A stretch of DNA of 46,745 nucleotides. Origin: Actinomycetota bacterium (GTDB lineage Bacteria > Actinomycetota > Acidimicrobiia > IMCC26256 > PALSA-610). Positions within the stretch are counted from its first letter, which is position 1. Each line of letters starts with the position of its first letter. The notes under the pieces were generated by a model. That model saw only the letters and a program-made list of their open reading frames with translations. It was not told the DNA's origin and did not search any database. Positions 32,944 through 41,742 of the stretch are shown here, one piece after another. The stretch spans positions 1-46,745 of the forward strand of contig JAWXCJ010000011.1 of NCBI GenBank assembly GCA_034408875.1. The letters run 5' to 3'. The position numbers were made by a program, and so were the translations under genes.

Positions 32944-34205
32944 TTCTTCGGCACCGGTCGGAACCAGTGCTTCAGCGGAATATCCCGCCGGCGGTTGATC
33001 GGCTTCTCCAGCGCGTACCACGACGCCACCGCGCACACGACGCTCAGCGCGACCGCGATGCCGGTGATCAGAAGGAAGTTGGCGTGGAGCGGCCGGCTGT
33101 CGGTGTACTCCATCGCGTTGTCGGTCCAGCCCTGGTGCCAGAGGTAGACGCCGTACGACACCAGGCCAACGTACGCGATGGGTTTCCATTGGAGAAACCA
33201 CCGAACGCCGCCGCGGCCCTGGGCTCCGAAGACGCCGGGGAGTAAGAGACATACGACGATGGCCGCGTTCATGAAGTGCCGCGCCTCCGCCTTCATGGGC
33301 GAGACGTACGCCAGGCCCTTCGTTCCGAGCACGCCGCTGTAGATCACGAACAGCCCGAGCGCCGCGGCCCACCACCAGCTGCCGAGCGCGCCGATGCGAC
33401 GCAACCAGCCCGGTTCACCGGCGCGCGCCAACCGCCACGAGGCAATCACCGCGACACCCATCCCCAGCGCGAAGTAGTCGGCGTACCCGGGAAACCACTG
33501 CACCGCCGCACACGCCAGGTGCGCGTCGCCGGTGACCGCCTGCGCGACGCACTGGCGGCGTTCGTCCTCGAAGAGCAACTCGATGGCCAGTCGCCACACC
33601 GCGCTCCCGACCACCACCGCCCCGAGCGCGTAGAACTCGAGCTTCACCTTCTCGCCGAGCGCGCGCCCCGACGTGAAGCGGGCCACCGCGTACGCGTACA
33701 ACGGGAGCAACAGGTAAAACACGAACTCGACGTTCAGCGTGTACGCCGACGTGATGCCGTGGAAGAACCAGTCGGGGTTGTAGGTCTGGGCGAACCCGAA
33801 GATCGCGAGGCCGTCGCGCCATCCGTCGACCTTCAGCCCACCCGAGAGCGGGTCGTTCGGATCGGCGCGAAAGAACAACATCAACAACGCGAGGGTGATC
33901 CAGTAGGCCGGGACGACGCGCAACAGCCGGGTTCGTACGAAGCGGCCCCACCGTTGTGGTGTTCTGTCGAGCAGGTTCGCCGACACGAACGGCTGATACA
34001 GCAGGAACGACGACAGCACGAAGAACATCGTCGGCCCGAGTTCGAGGTGACCCATCCACCCGAACCCGGCGCGCGCCTGGAGACCCGTCGTGTAGCCGGT
34101 GTGCTGGAAGAACAGCGCCATCACGCCGATGGTGCGTAGTCCTTCGAGCGACGGATAGTGCGGCCGCAAGGTTGCAGCCGGCGGAGCGACAACCGCGTCG
34201 CTCAT
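32940..34205 (-). CDS. acyltransferase family 3, copy 1 of 3
   Basis: LEGLRTIGVMALFFQH, FFVLSSFLLYQPF, RVVPAYW, YTLNVEFVFY and SYGVYLWH. Confidence 0.85.
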   Translation of the reverse strand: MSDAVVAPPAATLRPHYPSLEGLRTIGVMALFFQHTGYTTGLQARAGFGWMGHLELGPTMFFVLSSFLLYQPFVSANLLDRTPQRWGRFVRTRLLRVVPAYWITLALLMLFFRADPNDPLSGGLKVDGWRDGLAIFGFAQTYNPDWFFHGITSAYTLNVEFVFYLLLPLYAYAVARFTSGRALGEKVKLEFYALGAVVVGSAVWRLAIELLFEDERRQCVAQAVTGDAHLACAAVQWFPGYADYFALGMGVAVIASWRLARAGEPGWLRRIGALGSWWWAAALGLFVIYSGVLGTKGLAYVSPMKAEARHFMNAAIVVCLLLPGVFGAQGRGGVRWFLQWKPIAYVGLVSYGVYLWHQGWTDNAMEYTDSRPLHANFLLITGIAVALSVVCAVASWYALEKPINRRRDIPLKHWFRPVPKK

Positions 34206-34209
34206 GCGC

Positions 34210-35730
34210 CTACGTGTGCGGGCGCGGGAGGAGTGGCGCTTCCCGCCCGGTCCCTCGTCCCGATGCTGACGCCTCTTCGTGGTACTCGGCTTCGACGTTC
34301 ACGGACCACACGTCGTGGTCGGCGCCGAGGATGTTCTCCACCGACAACATCGCGGTCAGCATCGAGTGGTCCTGGTTGTTGTACTTGTGCATGCCGTTGC
34401 GGCCGCACGGATACACGTTGGAAGTGTTGGCGTCGATCCACTTGCGCACAGTCGTCACGCTGTCTTCGTAGATGTCGTCGTACACGGGGTACGCCTTCGG
34501 CATGCGCACGACGTATCCGGCCTCGACCTTGTCGGGATGCGTGATGAGCTTCAGTTCGTGGAGCTCACGCTTGCCCTGCTCGATCAGGTCGGTGTCGGCC
34601 TTGGTCCACATGGAGTCGCCCTCGTTCACGAAGTATTCGAGTCCGAGGCAGGTGCGGCCTTCCTTCACCATCGACGGCGACCAGGAGCCGTAGTTCTGTA
34701 CCCGCCCGACCTCGACTTCCGGGTCGTGGATGTAGATCCAGTTGTCGGGGAACGAGAACTCCTGCGGGACGACGAGCGCGACTGTGAGGTGGTCGCGGTA
34801 GCGAAGCGCCCGCGCCGCACCGCGCGTGACATCGTCGACGGGCGGATCCATCGCGAGGGACAGCGCACCGAACGGCATCGACGAGATCACATGCGTGCAC
34901 GGGTACGTGTGCACCGTGCCTTGCTCGTCGGCGGCGTCGACTTCGTACGCGATTCCGTCACGGTGACGAATCGCAGTCACCTTCCGGCCGAACACGACGT
35001 TCACGCCCGCGGCCGTGACCTTCTCGGTCGCCCGTTCCCACATCATCCCGGGCCCGAAGCGCGGGTAGTTGAACTCTTCGATGAGGCTCGTGACCTGTTT
35101 CGACTTGTCGCGCTTGCGACGCAGGAATTTCGGTGTGAGTGCTTCGACGACGGCGCGGAACATGGAGAGGTTCTTGATGCGCTGCGCGCCCCAGTCGGAG
35201 GAGATCTCCGAGGCCGGCACACCCCACACCTTCTTGTTGTACGTCTCGAAGAAGTGACCGTAGAGCCGGCGCCCGAAGCGGGCGATGATGAACCCCTCCA
35301 GGGTGTCCTGGTTCTTCGGCGGGCGGATGCGGGCCCACACGTACGAAAAGCCACAGCGCACCGCCTCGATGAGCCCGAGGCTCCGCAGCGCGTTCATCGC
35401 GACGAACGGGTAGTCGATCAGCTTGCCGCGGTAGTAGATGCGACTCTGGCGCGGCCGCTGCAGGAAGTCCTCCTCGCCGAGGATCTCGAACCAGAGGTCG
35501 TCGACGACTTGCACCTTGGTGAAGAAGCGGTGCCCGCCGATGTCGAACCGCCAGCCGTCGCGCTCCTCGGTGCGGCTGATGCCGCCGACGATGTGGTCGG
35601 CTTCGAGCACGGTGACGGCGCGCGCGTGTCCGGCTTTCACGAGTTGGTAAGCAGCGGTCAGTCCGGCCGGACCCGCGCCGATGACCACGACCGCGAGGTT
35701 TGGGACGGAGAGATCAGGGCGTTCACTCAC
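34210..35730 (-). CDS. FAD/NAD(P)-binding oxidoreductase (amine-oxidase / UDP-galactopyranose-mutase-like fold)
   Basis: Dinucleotide motif VVVIGAGPAGLTAAYQL...VLEADHIVGGISRT, then RFDIGGHRFF. GTG at 35730; the ORF extension to 35982 is rejected. Only 4 nt separate it from the next gene. Confidence 0.8.
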   Translation of the reverse strand: MSERPDLSVPNLAVVVIGAGPAGLTAAYQLVKAGHARAVTVLEADHIVGGISRTEERDGWRFDIGGHRFFTKVQVVDDLWFEILGEEDFLQRPRQSRIYYRGKLIDYPFVAMNALRSLGLIEAVRCGFSYVWARIRPPKNQDTLEGFIIARFGRRLYGHFFETYNKKVWGVPASEISSDWGAQRIKNLSMFRAVVEALTPKFLRRKRDKSKQVTSLIEEFNYPRFGPGMMWERATEKVTAAGVNVVFGRKVTAIRHRDGIAYEVDAADEQGTVHTYPCTHVISSMPFGALSLAMDPPVDDVTRGAARALRYRDHLTVALVVPQEFSFPDNWIYIHDPEVEVGRVQNYGSWSPSMVKEGRTCLGLEYFVNEGDSMWTKADTDLIEQGKRELHELKLITHPDKVEAGYVVRMPKAYPVYDDIYEDSVTTVRKWIDANTSNVYPCGRNGMHKYNNQDHSMLTAMLSVENILGADHDVWSVNVEAEYHEEASASGRGTGREAPLLPRPHT

Positions 35731-35774
35731 GGCGCGCGCGGTGTATTCCAGGACCCGTGTGGTAAACGGACGGG

Positions 35775-36281
35775 GTGCTGACCCGGCGACGCCCCTCGCT
35801 CCGAATGTTTCTTTCCCTTGTCGCGCTGTGTTGGCTCGCGGGTGCGTGCTCGACGCCCGAAACCGGGTCCGACAACCTCGCAACCGGCAAGGCGCGCGTC
35901 CAGGATCTGCTGCACGAGGCACTGGCGACGCTGCCCGAAGATTCCGACTACGTCGTACCGGCCGAGCCGGGCCGGCAGACATGTCGCAAGACGTTTCTCG
36001 GCTACGCAGTCGGCACCACCGGCGCGCACCGGGCCGAGATCCCGACGATCGTCGACCTCCCGTCCGGGTCCGACCCGGCCGAACGGCTCACCGAGATCGA
36101 AGCAGTGTGGCGCGACGCAGGCTACGACGTCACCCGGCCGCGCACGGCCGACGGTCGGTTCCCGAAAGTGCAGGCAACAGTCGACGACTACCGCGTCGTG
36201 ATGACGGCATTCATCGATCAACTTCCTGATGTTCCGCCGCGAGTGACGGTGTACGCGGTGTCTCCCTGCTTGGACTCCTGA
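35775..36281 (+). CDS. hypothetical lipoprotein
   Basis: Signal peptide with lipobox ..MFLSLVALCWLAGAC-STPE. High GC3. No recognisable domain. The start could be the internal ATG at 35805. Confidence 0.6.
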   Translation: MLTRRRPSLRMFLSLVALCWLAGACSTPETGSDNLATGKARVQDLLHEALATLPEDSDYVVPAEPGRQTCRKTFLGYAVGTTGAHRAEIPTIVDLPSGSDPAERLTEIEAVWRDAGYDVTRPRTADGRFPKVQATVDDYRVVMTAFIDQLPDVPPRVTVYAVSPCLDS

Positions 36282-37611
36282 CGCGCTCGATAACAGCGAC
36301 GATCGCGACGGCAGCGAGAATTGCCAGCGATGGTTCCGCGGCGGCGCGGAACCGGGTTTGCCCGTAACTGACCATCGCGCCGACGGTCACGCATAGCGCG
36401 GGAACGAGAAGCACCCAGAGCGTGCGCCGGTGCTTCGCCCTCCACAGAAGGACCGCGCCGTAGATCGCGGCGAGCAGGGTCGGGTAGTACGCAACGAGCC
36501 CGAGGCGCGTGACCCAGCGTTCGCGTCCTTCGCCTTCGTTGAACGACACCATGTCGAGCGGGCGATACACGCTCCAGGTCCGCCCGACACGAGCCGCGAG
36601 GACGACGGGAACGCGACCTGCGTGATCCTGCGCGTACTCGAACGCGCGCTCCCGGTACACCTGCGCGACCTCTGACTGGTCGCCGGGCGGGTGCGGCGTG
36701 TCGATACACGCGTCGGGCCCGGTGATCGCGGTGAGCCCGATGGCCGGGCCCGAGTACACCGGATCACAGTTGGATCCGGCGAGCGCGATGCCGTCGTTCG
36801 TCGACAATGTCGTCGGTTCCTCGAAGCGGGCGCCGTTGTAGAGCACCCACGGCGCGACGACGATGCCGCTCGCGACCAACGCGACCACCGCGAGTACGCG
36901 CCGGTTCCCGGCCGCGGTCCAAGCCACGGGTACCGCGAGTAGGGGTACGAATAACACCAGCTCCGCGCGGGCGAGTCCCGCGAGTCCGCACACCGCGCCC
37001 AGCGCGGCGACGCGTCCCGGTGTCGGGCGGTCCCATGCCGCGAATGCAAGCAGCATCGCCCCGACGACGGTCAGGCCGGTCACCGTTTCCGACATGACGA
37101 GCCCGTCGTTCACCCAGAGGTTCGGGGTGACGGCGGCGATCACGCCCGCGACGATGCCGACCGTGTCGCCACGGACCCGTCGGCCGAGCAGCGCGATCAT
37201 CCCGACCAGCGCGGTTCCCAGCACCACCATCGCCCAGCGGTGATGCGTGAGATGCGTGTCGTCGTCGATCCATTCGAGCGGCGGTCTGTCGGCGAACCAC
37301 GACACGGGCGCGAGCACCATCGCGGTGAGCGGGGGGTGGTCGGCGGCGGGCGCGGGATCGACGCTGCGGTCGAACGGCTCGACGAATCCGTCGCCCTCCG
37401 CCAGGCGGTTGGCCGCGGCGTTGTAGAAGAGTTGGTCGCCGACCGCGCACTCGGTGGGGATGTCGCCCACGATCGGATTCGGGCACGGCCCTTGCTTGCC
37501 GAACCCGACGTACGCGACCCGCACGCCCGCGGCGAGGACCAGGATCAGCAGCAGCGCGCGCGTGAAGGTGCGGACGGAGCGGAGCCACGGACGGCGCAGC
37601 GAGGGAGCCAT
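36211..37611 (-). CDS. ArnT/GT39-like (PMT_2) membrane glycosyltransferase, third paralogue
   Basis: Shares the VGDQLFYNAAANRLAEGDGF loop, the ..LWVNDGLVMSE.. block and ..YNGARFEEPTTLSTNDG..SNCDP.. with 20627-22052 and 22049-23419. ATG at 37611; the ORF extension to 37764 is rejected. Confidence 0.7.
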   Translation of the reverse strand: MAPSLRRPWLRSVRTFTRALLLILVLAAGVRVAYVGFGKQGPCPNPIVGDIPTECAVGDQLFYNAAANRLAEGDGFVEPFDRSVDPAPAADHPPLTAMVLAPVSWFADRPPLEWIDDDTHLTHHRWAMVVLGTALVGMIALLGRRVRGDTVGIVAGVIAAVTPNLWVNDGLVMSETVTGLTVVGAMLLAFAAWDRPTPGRVAALGAVCGLAGLARAELVLFVPLLAVPVAWTAAGNRRVLAVVALVASGIVVAPWVLYNGARFEEPTTLSTNDGIALAGSNCDPVYSGPAIGLTAITGPDACIDTPHPPGDQSEVAQVYRERAFEYAQDHAGRVPVVLAARVGRTWSVYRPLDMVSFNEGEGRERWVTRLGLVAYYPTLLAAIYGAVLLWRAKHRRTLWVLLVPALCVTVGAMVSYGQTRFRAAAEPSLAILAAVAIVAVIERVRSPSRETPRTPSLAAEHQEVDR

Positions 37612-37621
37612 GGTTATGGGC

Positions 37622-38746
37622 TCACGGGACGAGGATGCCCGTGAACGCGAGGACTGCCGCGACGACCAGGCCCGCGGCCGCGAGCACGAGTACGACGCGT
37701 TCGGCGTCGGGCGCGTCGGTGACGTCGGCGCCCGCGAGCAGGAACGGCAACGTCGACAAGCCATAGCGTTCGAGCGAGTCGAGGTTGCTCGCGCTCAGCG
37801 CGAGCACCAGTACCGCGCCCGCGTAGCACGAGTACGAGGCGGGCCAACGCCGGATCAACACGACGAGGAGCACAATCAGCAGCATCGCCGCGACCACGTG
37901 GACACCCGCGCTCACGCGATCCGCGCCCGCGTCGCGTGCGGCGTCGATGACGTTGGTCACCGGGAACTTCCAACTCCCCCGCCGTTCGGGGTCCTCCTGC
38001 ACGCGCAACGGATAGAGGAACCCGTCGCCCCGGTCAGAGGCCCACGCGAGGTACGTGAAGAGCCCCGCAAATGGGGCGACAACCGCGGTGATGCGCCCGC
38101 CGAGCTCGGCGCGCGTCATGGTGCGGCGGTGCTGGATGACCTCGACGAGCGCCGGTACCGCGAGCAGCACACCCACGGGGCGCGCGAGCCCGGCGAGGTA
38201 ACCGGTGACTGCAGCCAACCACCATCGGCGCGAGCGCAACGCGAGCAAGGTGAGCGCAGCGAGCAGCATCACGGTCGCTTCGGCGTACCCCATGACGAGG
38301 ACGAATGCGGGGGGAACGAGATACGCGAGCCACACGGCGCGCCGGGCGAACGCTTCGTCGCCCCGTTCGCGCCACGCCAGCGCGTAGAACACGAAACCGA
38401 ACGCGAGCGCGCTGAGGTTCGCGATGAGGAGCACCCCGAGCTCGGCGTCGACACCGGGCAGCAACGCGACGACCCGCCCGAGCAGCGCCACGAGCGGGAA
38501 GAAGCGCAACCCCTCGGCGGCGACGCCGTCGTAACCGCTCGCGGCGATGTCGCGGTAGAACGCGGCATCCCACGCCATGAGGCCCTGGTCGATCTGGATC
38601 GGTACCGGCGAGACGTGTAGTTGCTCGACGAGGTGGCGCGAGATAGCCAGTGCGCCGCCGACGAGGACGCGCGCGAGGACGAACGGCACCAGCACTGCAC
38701 GCGCGACATCGGCGCGCGGGACCAGTCCCCGACCGTCGCCTCTCAC
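37622..38746 (-). CDS. polytopic membrane protein, PIG-V/GT76-like mannosyltransferase family (tentative)
   Basis: WDAAFYRDIAASGYDGVAAEGLRFFPLVALLGR resembles the Mannosyl_trans2 N-terminal motif as I recall it. About 8-9 TM spans. GTG at 38746 overlaps the upstream stop (GTGA). The ORF extension to 40153 is rejected. Confidence 0.5.
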   Translation of the reverse strand: MRGDGRGLVPRADVARAVLVPFVLARVLVGGALAISRHLVEQLHVSPVPIQIDQGLMAWDAAFYRDIAASGYDGVAAEGLRFFPLVALLGRVVALLPGVDAELGVLLIANLSALAFGFVFYALAWRERGDEAFARRAVWLAYLVPPAFVLVMGYAEATVMLLAALTLLALRSRRWWLAAVTGYLAGLARPVGVLLAVPALVEVIQHRRTMTRAELGGRITAVVAPFAGLFTYLAWASDRGDGFLYPLRVQEDPERRGSWKFPVTNVIDAARDAGADRVSAGVHVVAAMLLIVLLVVLIRRWPASYSCYAGAVLVLALSASNLDSLERYGLSTLPFLLAGADVTDAPDAERVVLVLAAAGLVVAAVLAFTGILVP

Positions 38747-40269
38747 GTCGGTGGGAGCCGGAACTCGATGAGTCCCGGCTTCTCGAAGAACTTCTCTTCC
38801 GGAATGACGCGCTCGACCCGCTCGCGTGAGGCGGAGAACCGGTCGGTGATGGCTTCGCACACGCCGTGGTGGTTCGGGTACCCCGGACCCGTCACGTACC
38901 AGATGCGATGGTCGCCGGCGCGCGCGAAGACCTCGTCGACAAACGCGTCGGGATCGGCCGCGTCGAGCCGTTCCTGGTAGTCGACCCAGTCGACGAGTTC
39001 GGGCCCGGCGAGGTCGGGATACGTGAGCTGGAGCAACCCGGCCGGGCCGACGCGCTCGACCGCGGGCCCGAGCTGGTCGGGGCAGTACACGACGACGTCG
39101 CCCGGCTGGGCCTCGGCCACGAGGACTGCGCCGACCGCGCCCGCCTGGGTGCGCTGTTCGGTCACGTTGCGGGCACCGCCCAACCAGCCGAGCGCGACGA
39201 CGAGCACGAGTACGGCGACCTGGACCCGGGCATCGACGAAGGTCGTGACGCCCCGCGCCACCAGCAGCACGAAGAACGGGAACACGATCGCGCTGTACCT
39301 CGGCTCGAACGCCTGACCCGCGAGGTAACTGAGCGTGACGCCGACCACCAACGTCGCACCGCCGACGAGTGCGGTCCAGCGCGCTTCGGGCGCACCGTGA
39401 ATATCCAGCTCGACCCGCCGGCTGTCGATCGCGCGCCCGAAGACGCCGAGCAGCATGAGCGGCACGAGGATCAGCAGCAGCAACCAGCCCTCTTGTTCCT
39501 CGCCGCCGCCGAACTCGAGGAAGGTCTCGCCGATCGGAAGCCCGGGCAACACCGGGTCGCCCCACGGTGTGCCGGTGTGCGCCCGTTGCGAAAGGAAGAT
39601 CGGCACCCACGGCGCGAACAACACGACCCCGACCGCCATGGCCGCGAACACGCGCCACTGCTTCACGATCAGGAATACGAGGCCGACGACGCCGACGAGA
39701 TAGAACGCCCAGTACTGCGTGTACACGAGCAGCGTCGCGATGAGCGTGACGACCGCGAGCCGGCCGACGGTCGGCCGCTCGATCGCCCGGAGCACGGCGA
39801 GGATCCCGCACGCGACGAGCAGGATCTCGAGCATGTACATGCGGGCCTCGGTCGCGTACCGGATCGTGAACGGGTTGGCCGCCATGACGACGACGGCGAT
39901 CCACGCGCCGCGCGTGCCGGCCGGGCGCCGCGCTGCGAACCACGTCGCGACAACCGCACCGGCTGCGAACAGCGCCGAGAGCGAGCGGGCCGCGACGTCG
40001 CCCGAACCGAACAGCCCCGTCCACACGTGGAGGAGCACGTAGTACAGCGGTGGTGCGCCGTCGCGTTCGAGCGCGTCGGGCAGATCGCCGAGCGGGAGGC
40101 GGGCGATGTTGACCGACAGCGCCTCGTCGAGCCACATGTCGGAACGCGTCCACGAAAAGAACGCCGCGCCCGCAAGCACCACGATCGCGATCGCAGCGGG
40201 ATAGAACCGGCGCAGCGGCCCCTCGTGCTCGACGGGCTCGCGCGCGGGCGCGTCGGAGACGAGCGTCAC
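38743..40269 (-). CDS. ArnT/GT39-like lipid-carrier-dependent membrane glycosyltransferase with a C-terminal soluble domain
   Basis: Early loop SDMWLDEALSVNIARLP (Asp-Glu motif of the GT-C family) and about 11 TM spans. The soluble C-terminal ~150 aa include VVVYCPDQLGPAVER... 508 aa. Confidence 0.7.
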   Translation of the reverse strand: MTLVSDAPAREPVEHEGPLRRFYPAAIAIVVLAGAAFFSWTRSDMWLDEALSVNIARLPLGDLPDALERDGAPPLYYVLLHVWTGLFGSGDVAARSLSALFAAGAVVATWFAARRPAGTRGAWIAVVVMAANPFTIRYATEARMYMLEILLVACGILAVLRAIERPTVGRLAVVTLIATLLVYTQYWAFYLVGVVGLVFLIVKQWRVFAAMAVGVVLFAPWVPIFLSQRAHTGTPWGDPVLPGLPIGETFLEFGGGEEQEGWLLLLILVPLMLLGVFGRAIDSRRVELDIHGAPEARWTALVGGATLVVGVTLSYLAGQAFEPRYSAIVFPFFVLLVARGVTTFVDARVQVAVLVLVVALGWLGGARNVTEQRTQAGAVGAVLVAEAQPGDVVVYCPDQLGPAVERVGPAGLLQLTYPDLAGPELVDWVDYQERLDAADPDAFVDEVFARAGDHRIWYVTGPGYPNHHGVCEAITDRFSASRERVERVIPEEKFFEKPGLIEFRLPPT

Positions 40270-40288
40270 GAAAACCGACGCTAGTGGG

Positions 40289-41263
40289 TTACGGCATCAC
40301 CAGCGGGACCACCTCGGCGGCGAATCGTTCCAGCGATTCCGACGACGGGTAGTCGCGGAACCAGAGCACGAACTCGCCCGCACCGGCGTCGACGTAGGCC
40401 TGGACCTTCTCGCCGACCTGCTCGACCGTGCCGACGAAGTTGTCGCGCACGTACTCGTCGTGCGGGTTGCGTCCCCACAATGAGCCGCCACCGGGCGAGT
40501 CGAGCCACTTCTGCATGTCGGCTTCGGTGTCGAACAGCCGGCAGTCGGGGCCGTGGGTGCGCACGATGCTGTCGAAGTCGCGGCCGATCTCGGCGCAGTA
40601 CTGACGCAGCAGCTTCGACTTGTGCACGAAGCCTTCGAGATTGGCCTGCCAGTTCGTCTTGTCCGCGTGCTTCGCCTCGATCCGCAGCGTCACCTTCTCG
40701 CCGCCGCCGCCGACCCAGATTTCGGGGAGCTGCTGGATGGGTTTCGGGTCGCAGTACGCGCCGTCGAACGTCAGGTGCTTGCCCTGGTACGTCACCGTCT
40801 CTTCGGTCCAGAGCCGTTTCACGACTTCGAGCGTCTCCTCGAGGATCTGGAGCCGCACACCGGGGCGCGGGAACGGGTAGCCGTACGCCTGGTACTCGCG
40901 CTCGTACCACCCGGCGCCGAGCCCGAGAATCAACCGACCGCCCGAGAACACGTCGATGCACGCCGCTTCCTTGGCGAGCAATCCGGCGTTGCGGTACGCC
41001 GCGCACGTGACGAGCTGACCCAACTTGATCGTCTCGGTGTGCTGCGCGAGCGCGGACAACAGCGTGAACGCCTCGAACATGTGCGTCGCTTCGCGCCGCG
41101 GCACCGTCTCGACGTGGTCGTACACCCAGAGATGGTCGTAACCGACGCGCTCGGCGATCTGCGCGATCTCCTTGGTACGCGACCACGCGTCCGCCGCACC
41201 CCACCCTGTGTATTCGAGCTTCCACCCCTGGGGCGCGAATGCTCCCCACTTGAGTTCCGTCAC
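40289..41263 (-). CDS. LLM-class (luciferase-like) flavin/F420-dependent oxidoreductase
   Basis: KWGAFAPQGW, GYDHLWVYDH, LGQLVTCAAYRNAGLLAKEAACIDVFSGGRLILGLGAGW and EIWVGGGGEK. I prefer the GTG at 41263 (GTGA overlap with the upstream stop). The alternative ATG at 41290 would overlap by 31 nt. Confidence 0.85.
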   Translation of the reverse strand: MTELKWGAFAPQGWKLEYTGWGAADAWSRTKEIAQIAERVGYDHLWVYDHVETVPRREATHMFEAFTLLSALAQHTETIKLGQLVTCAAYRNAGLLAKEAACIDVFSGGRLILGLGAGWYEREYQAYGYPFPRPGVRLQILEETLEVVKRLWTEETVTYQGKHLTFDGAYCDPKPIQQLPEIWVGGGGEKVTLRIEAKHADKTNWQANLEGFVHKSKLLRQYCAEIGRDFDSIVRTHGPDCRLFDTEADMQKWLDSPGGGSLWGRNPHDEYVRDNFVGTVEQVGEKVQAYVDAGAGEFVLWFRDYPSSESLERFAAEVVPLVMP

Positions 41264-41742
41264 TGGTTCCCGAATTTCATGTCCCACCATTGGACTTCGA
41301 CCATCATCGGGAGCAGGTAACGGATGTAGATGCTCGTGATCGCGAGCATGCCGTGGTCGTCGACGGTCCTGTCGATGATCTCGACCCGGTCGTCGCGCTC
41401 CTTCCACGCCTGGGCGCGCCGCAAGATTTCGTCGAGCTCGGCTTCTTCGCCGACCGAAATGCCCCAGTGGTCGAGGCGGGCGCACGTCATCGGCGGGTCG
41501 TCGGCGATGAGGAACAGAAACTGTTCGAGCGCGTGCACCTGGAACACGAGCCGGTGCCGGTCCTGCGTCATCGTCGGCAGCTCGACGAACCCGAACACGT
41601 CGTCGTAGAACGCGACAAGATCTGCACGGTTCTTCTCGTCGAGCAACTCGGGCGGCAGACTCATCGCGACGTGGTTGATGCGCGGCTTGCGCGCACCGAA
41701 CTGCGGTCCACCCGACGCCGGGAGCATGTTCGCCGATGTCAT
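41260..41742 (-). CDS. VOC (glyoxalase/bleomycin-resistance/dioxygenase) family protein
   Basis: INHVAMSLP...VFGFVE...LDHWGISV fits the paired beta-alpha-beta-beta-beta modules. The ATG at 41742 overlaps the ADH stop (ATGA). The ORF extension to 42072 is rejected. Confidence 0.7.
   Translation of the reverse strand: MTSANMLPASGGPQFGARKPRINHVAMSLPPELLDEKNRADLVAFYDDVFGFVELPTMTQDRHRLVFQVHALEQFLFLIADDPPMTCARLDHWGISVGEEAELDEILRRAQAWKERDDRVEIIDRTVDDHGMLAITSIYIRYLLPMMVEVQWWDMKFGNQ

Noticed and set aside
38747-40153. 5' extensions of tracked ORFs into the upstream gene. Examples: 37622-40153, 13275-18029, 29136-31040, 30533-32902, 31639-33375, 34210-35982, 36211-37764, 40289-41899, 41260-42072, 42921-43664, 43045-45147, 646-2190, 23937-25151.
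   Set aside because: The extended parts are Arg-rich nonsense overlapping a well-supported gene in another frame. In each case a GTG/ATG start that overlaps or closely follows the upstream stop (GTGA/ATGA/TGATG) gives a protein beginning where family similarity begins.
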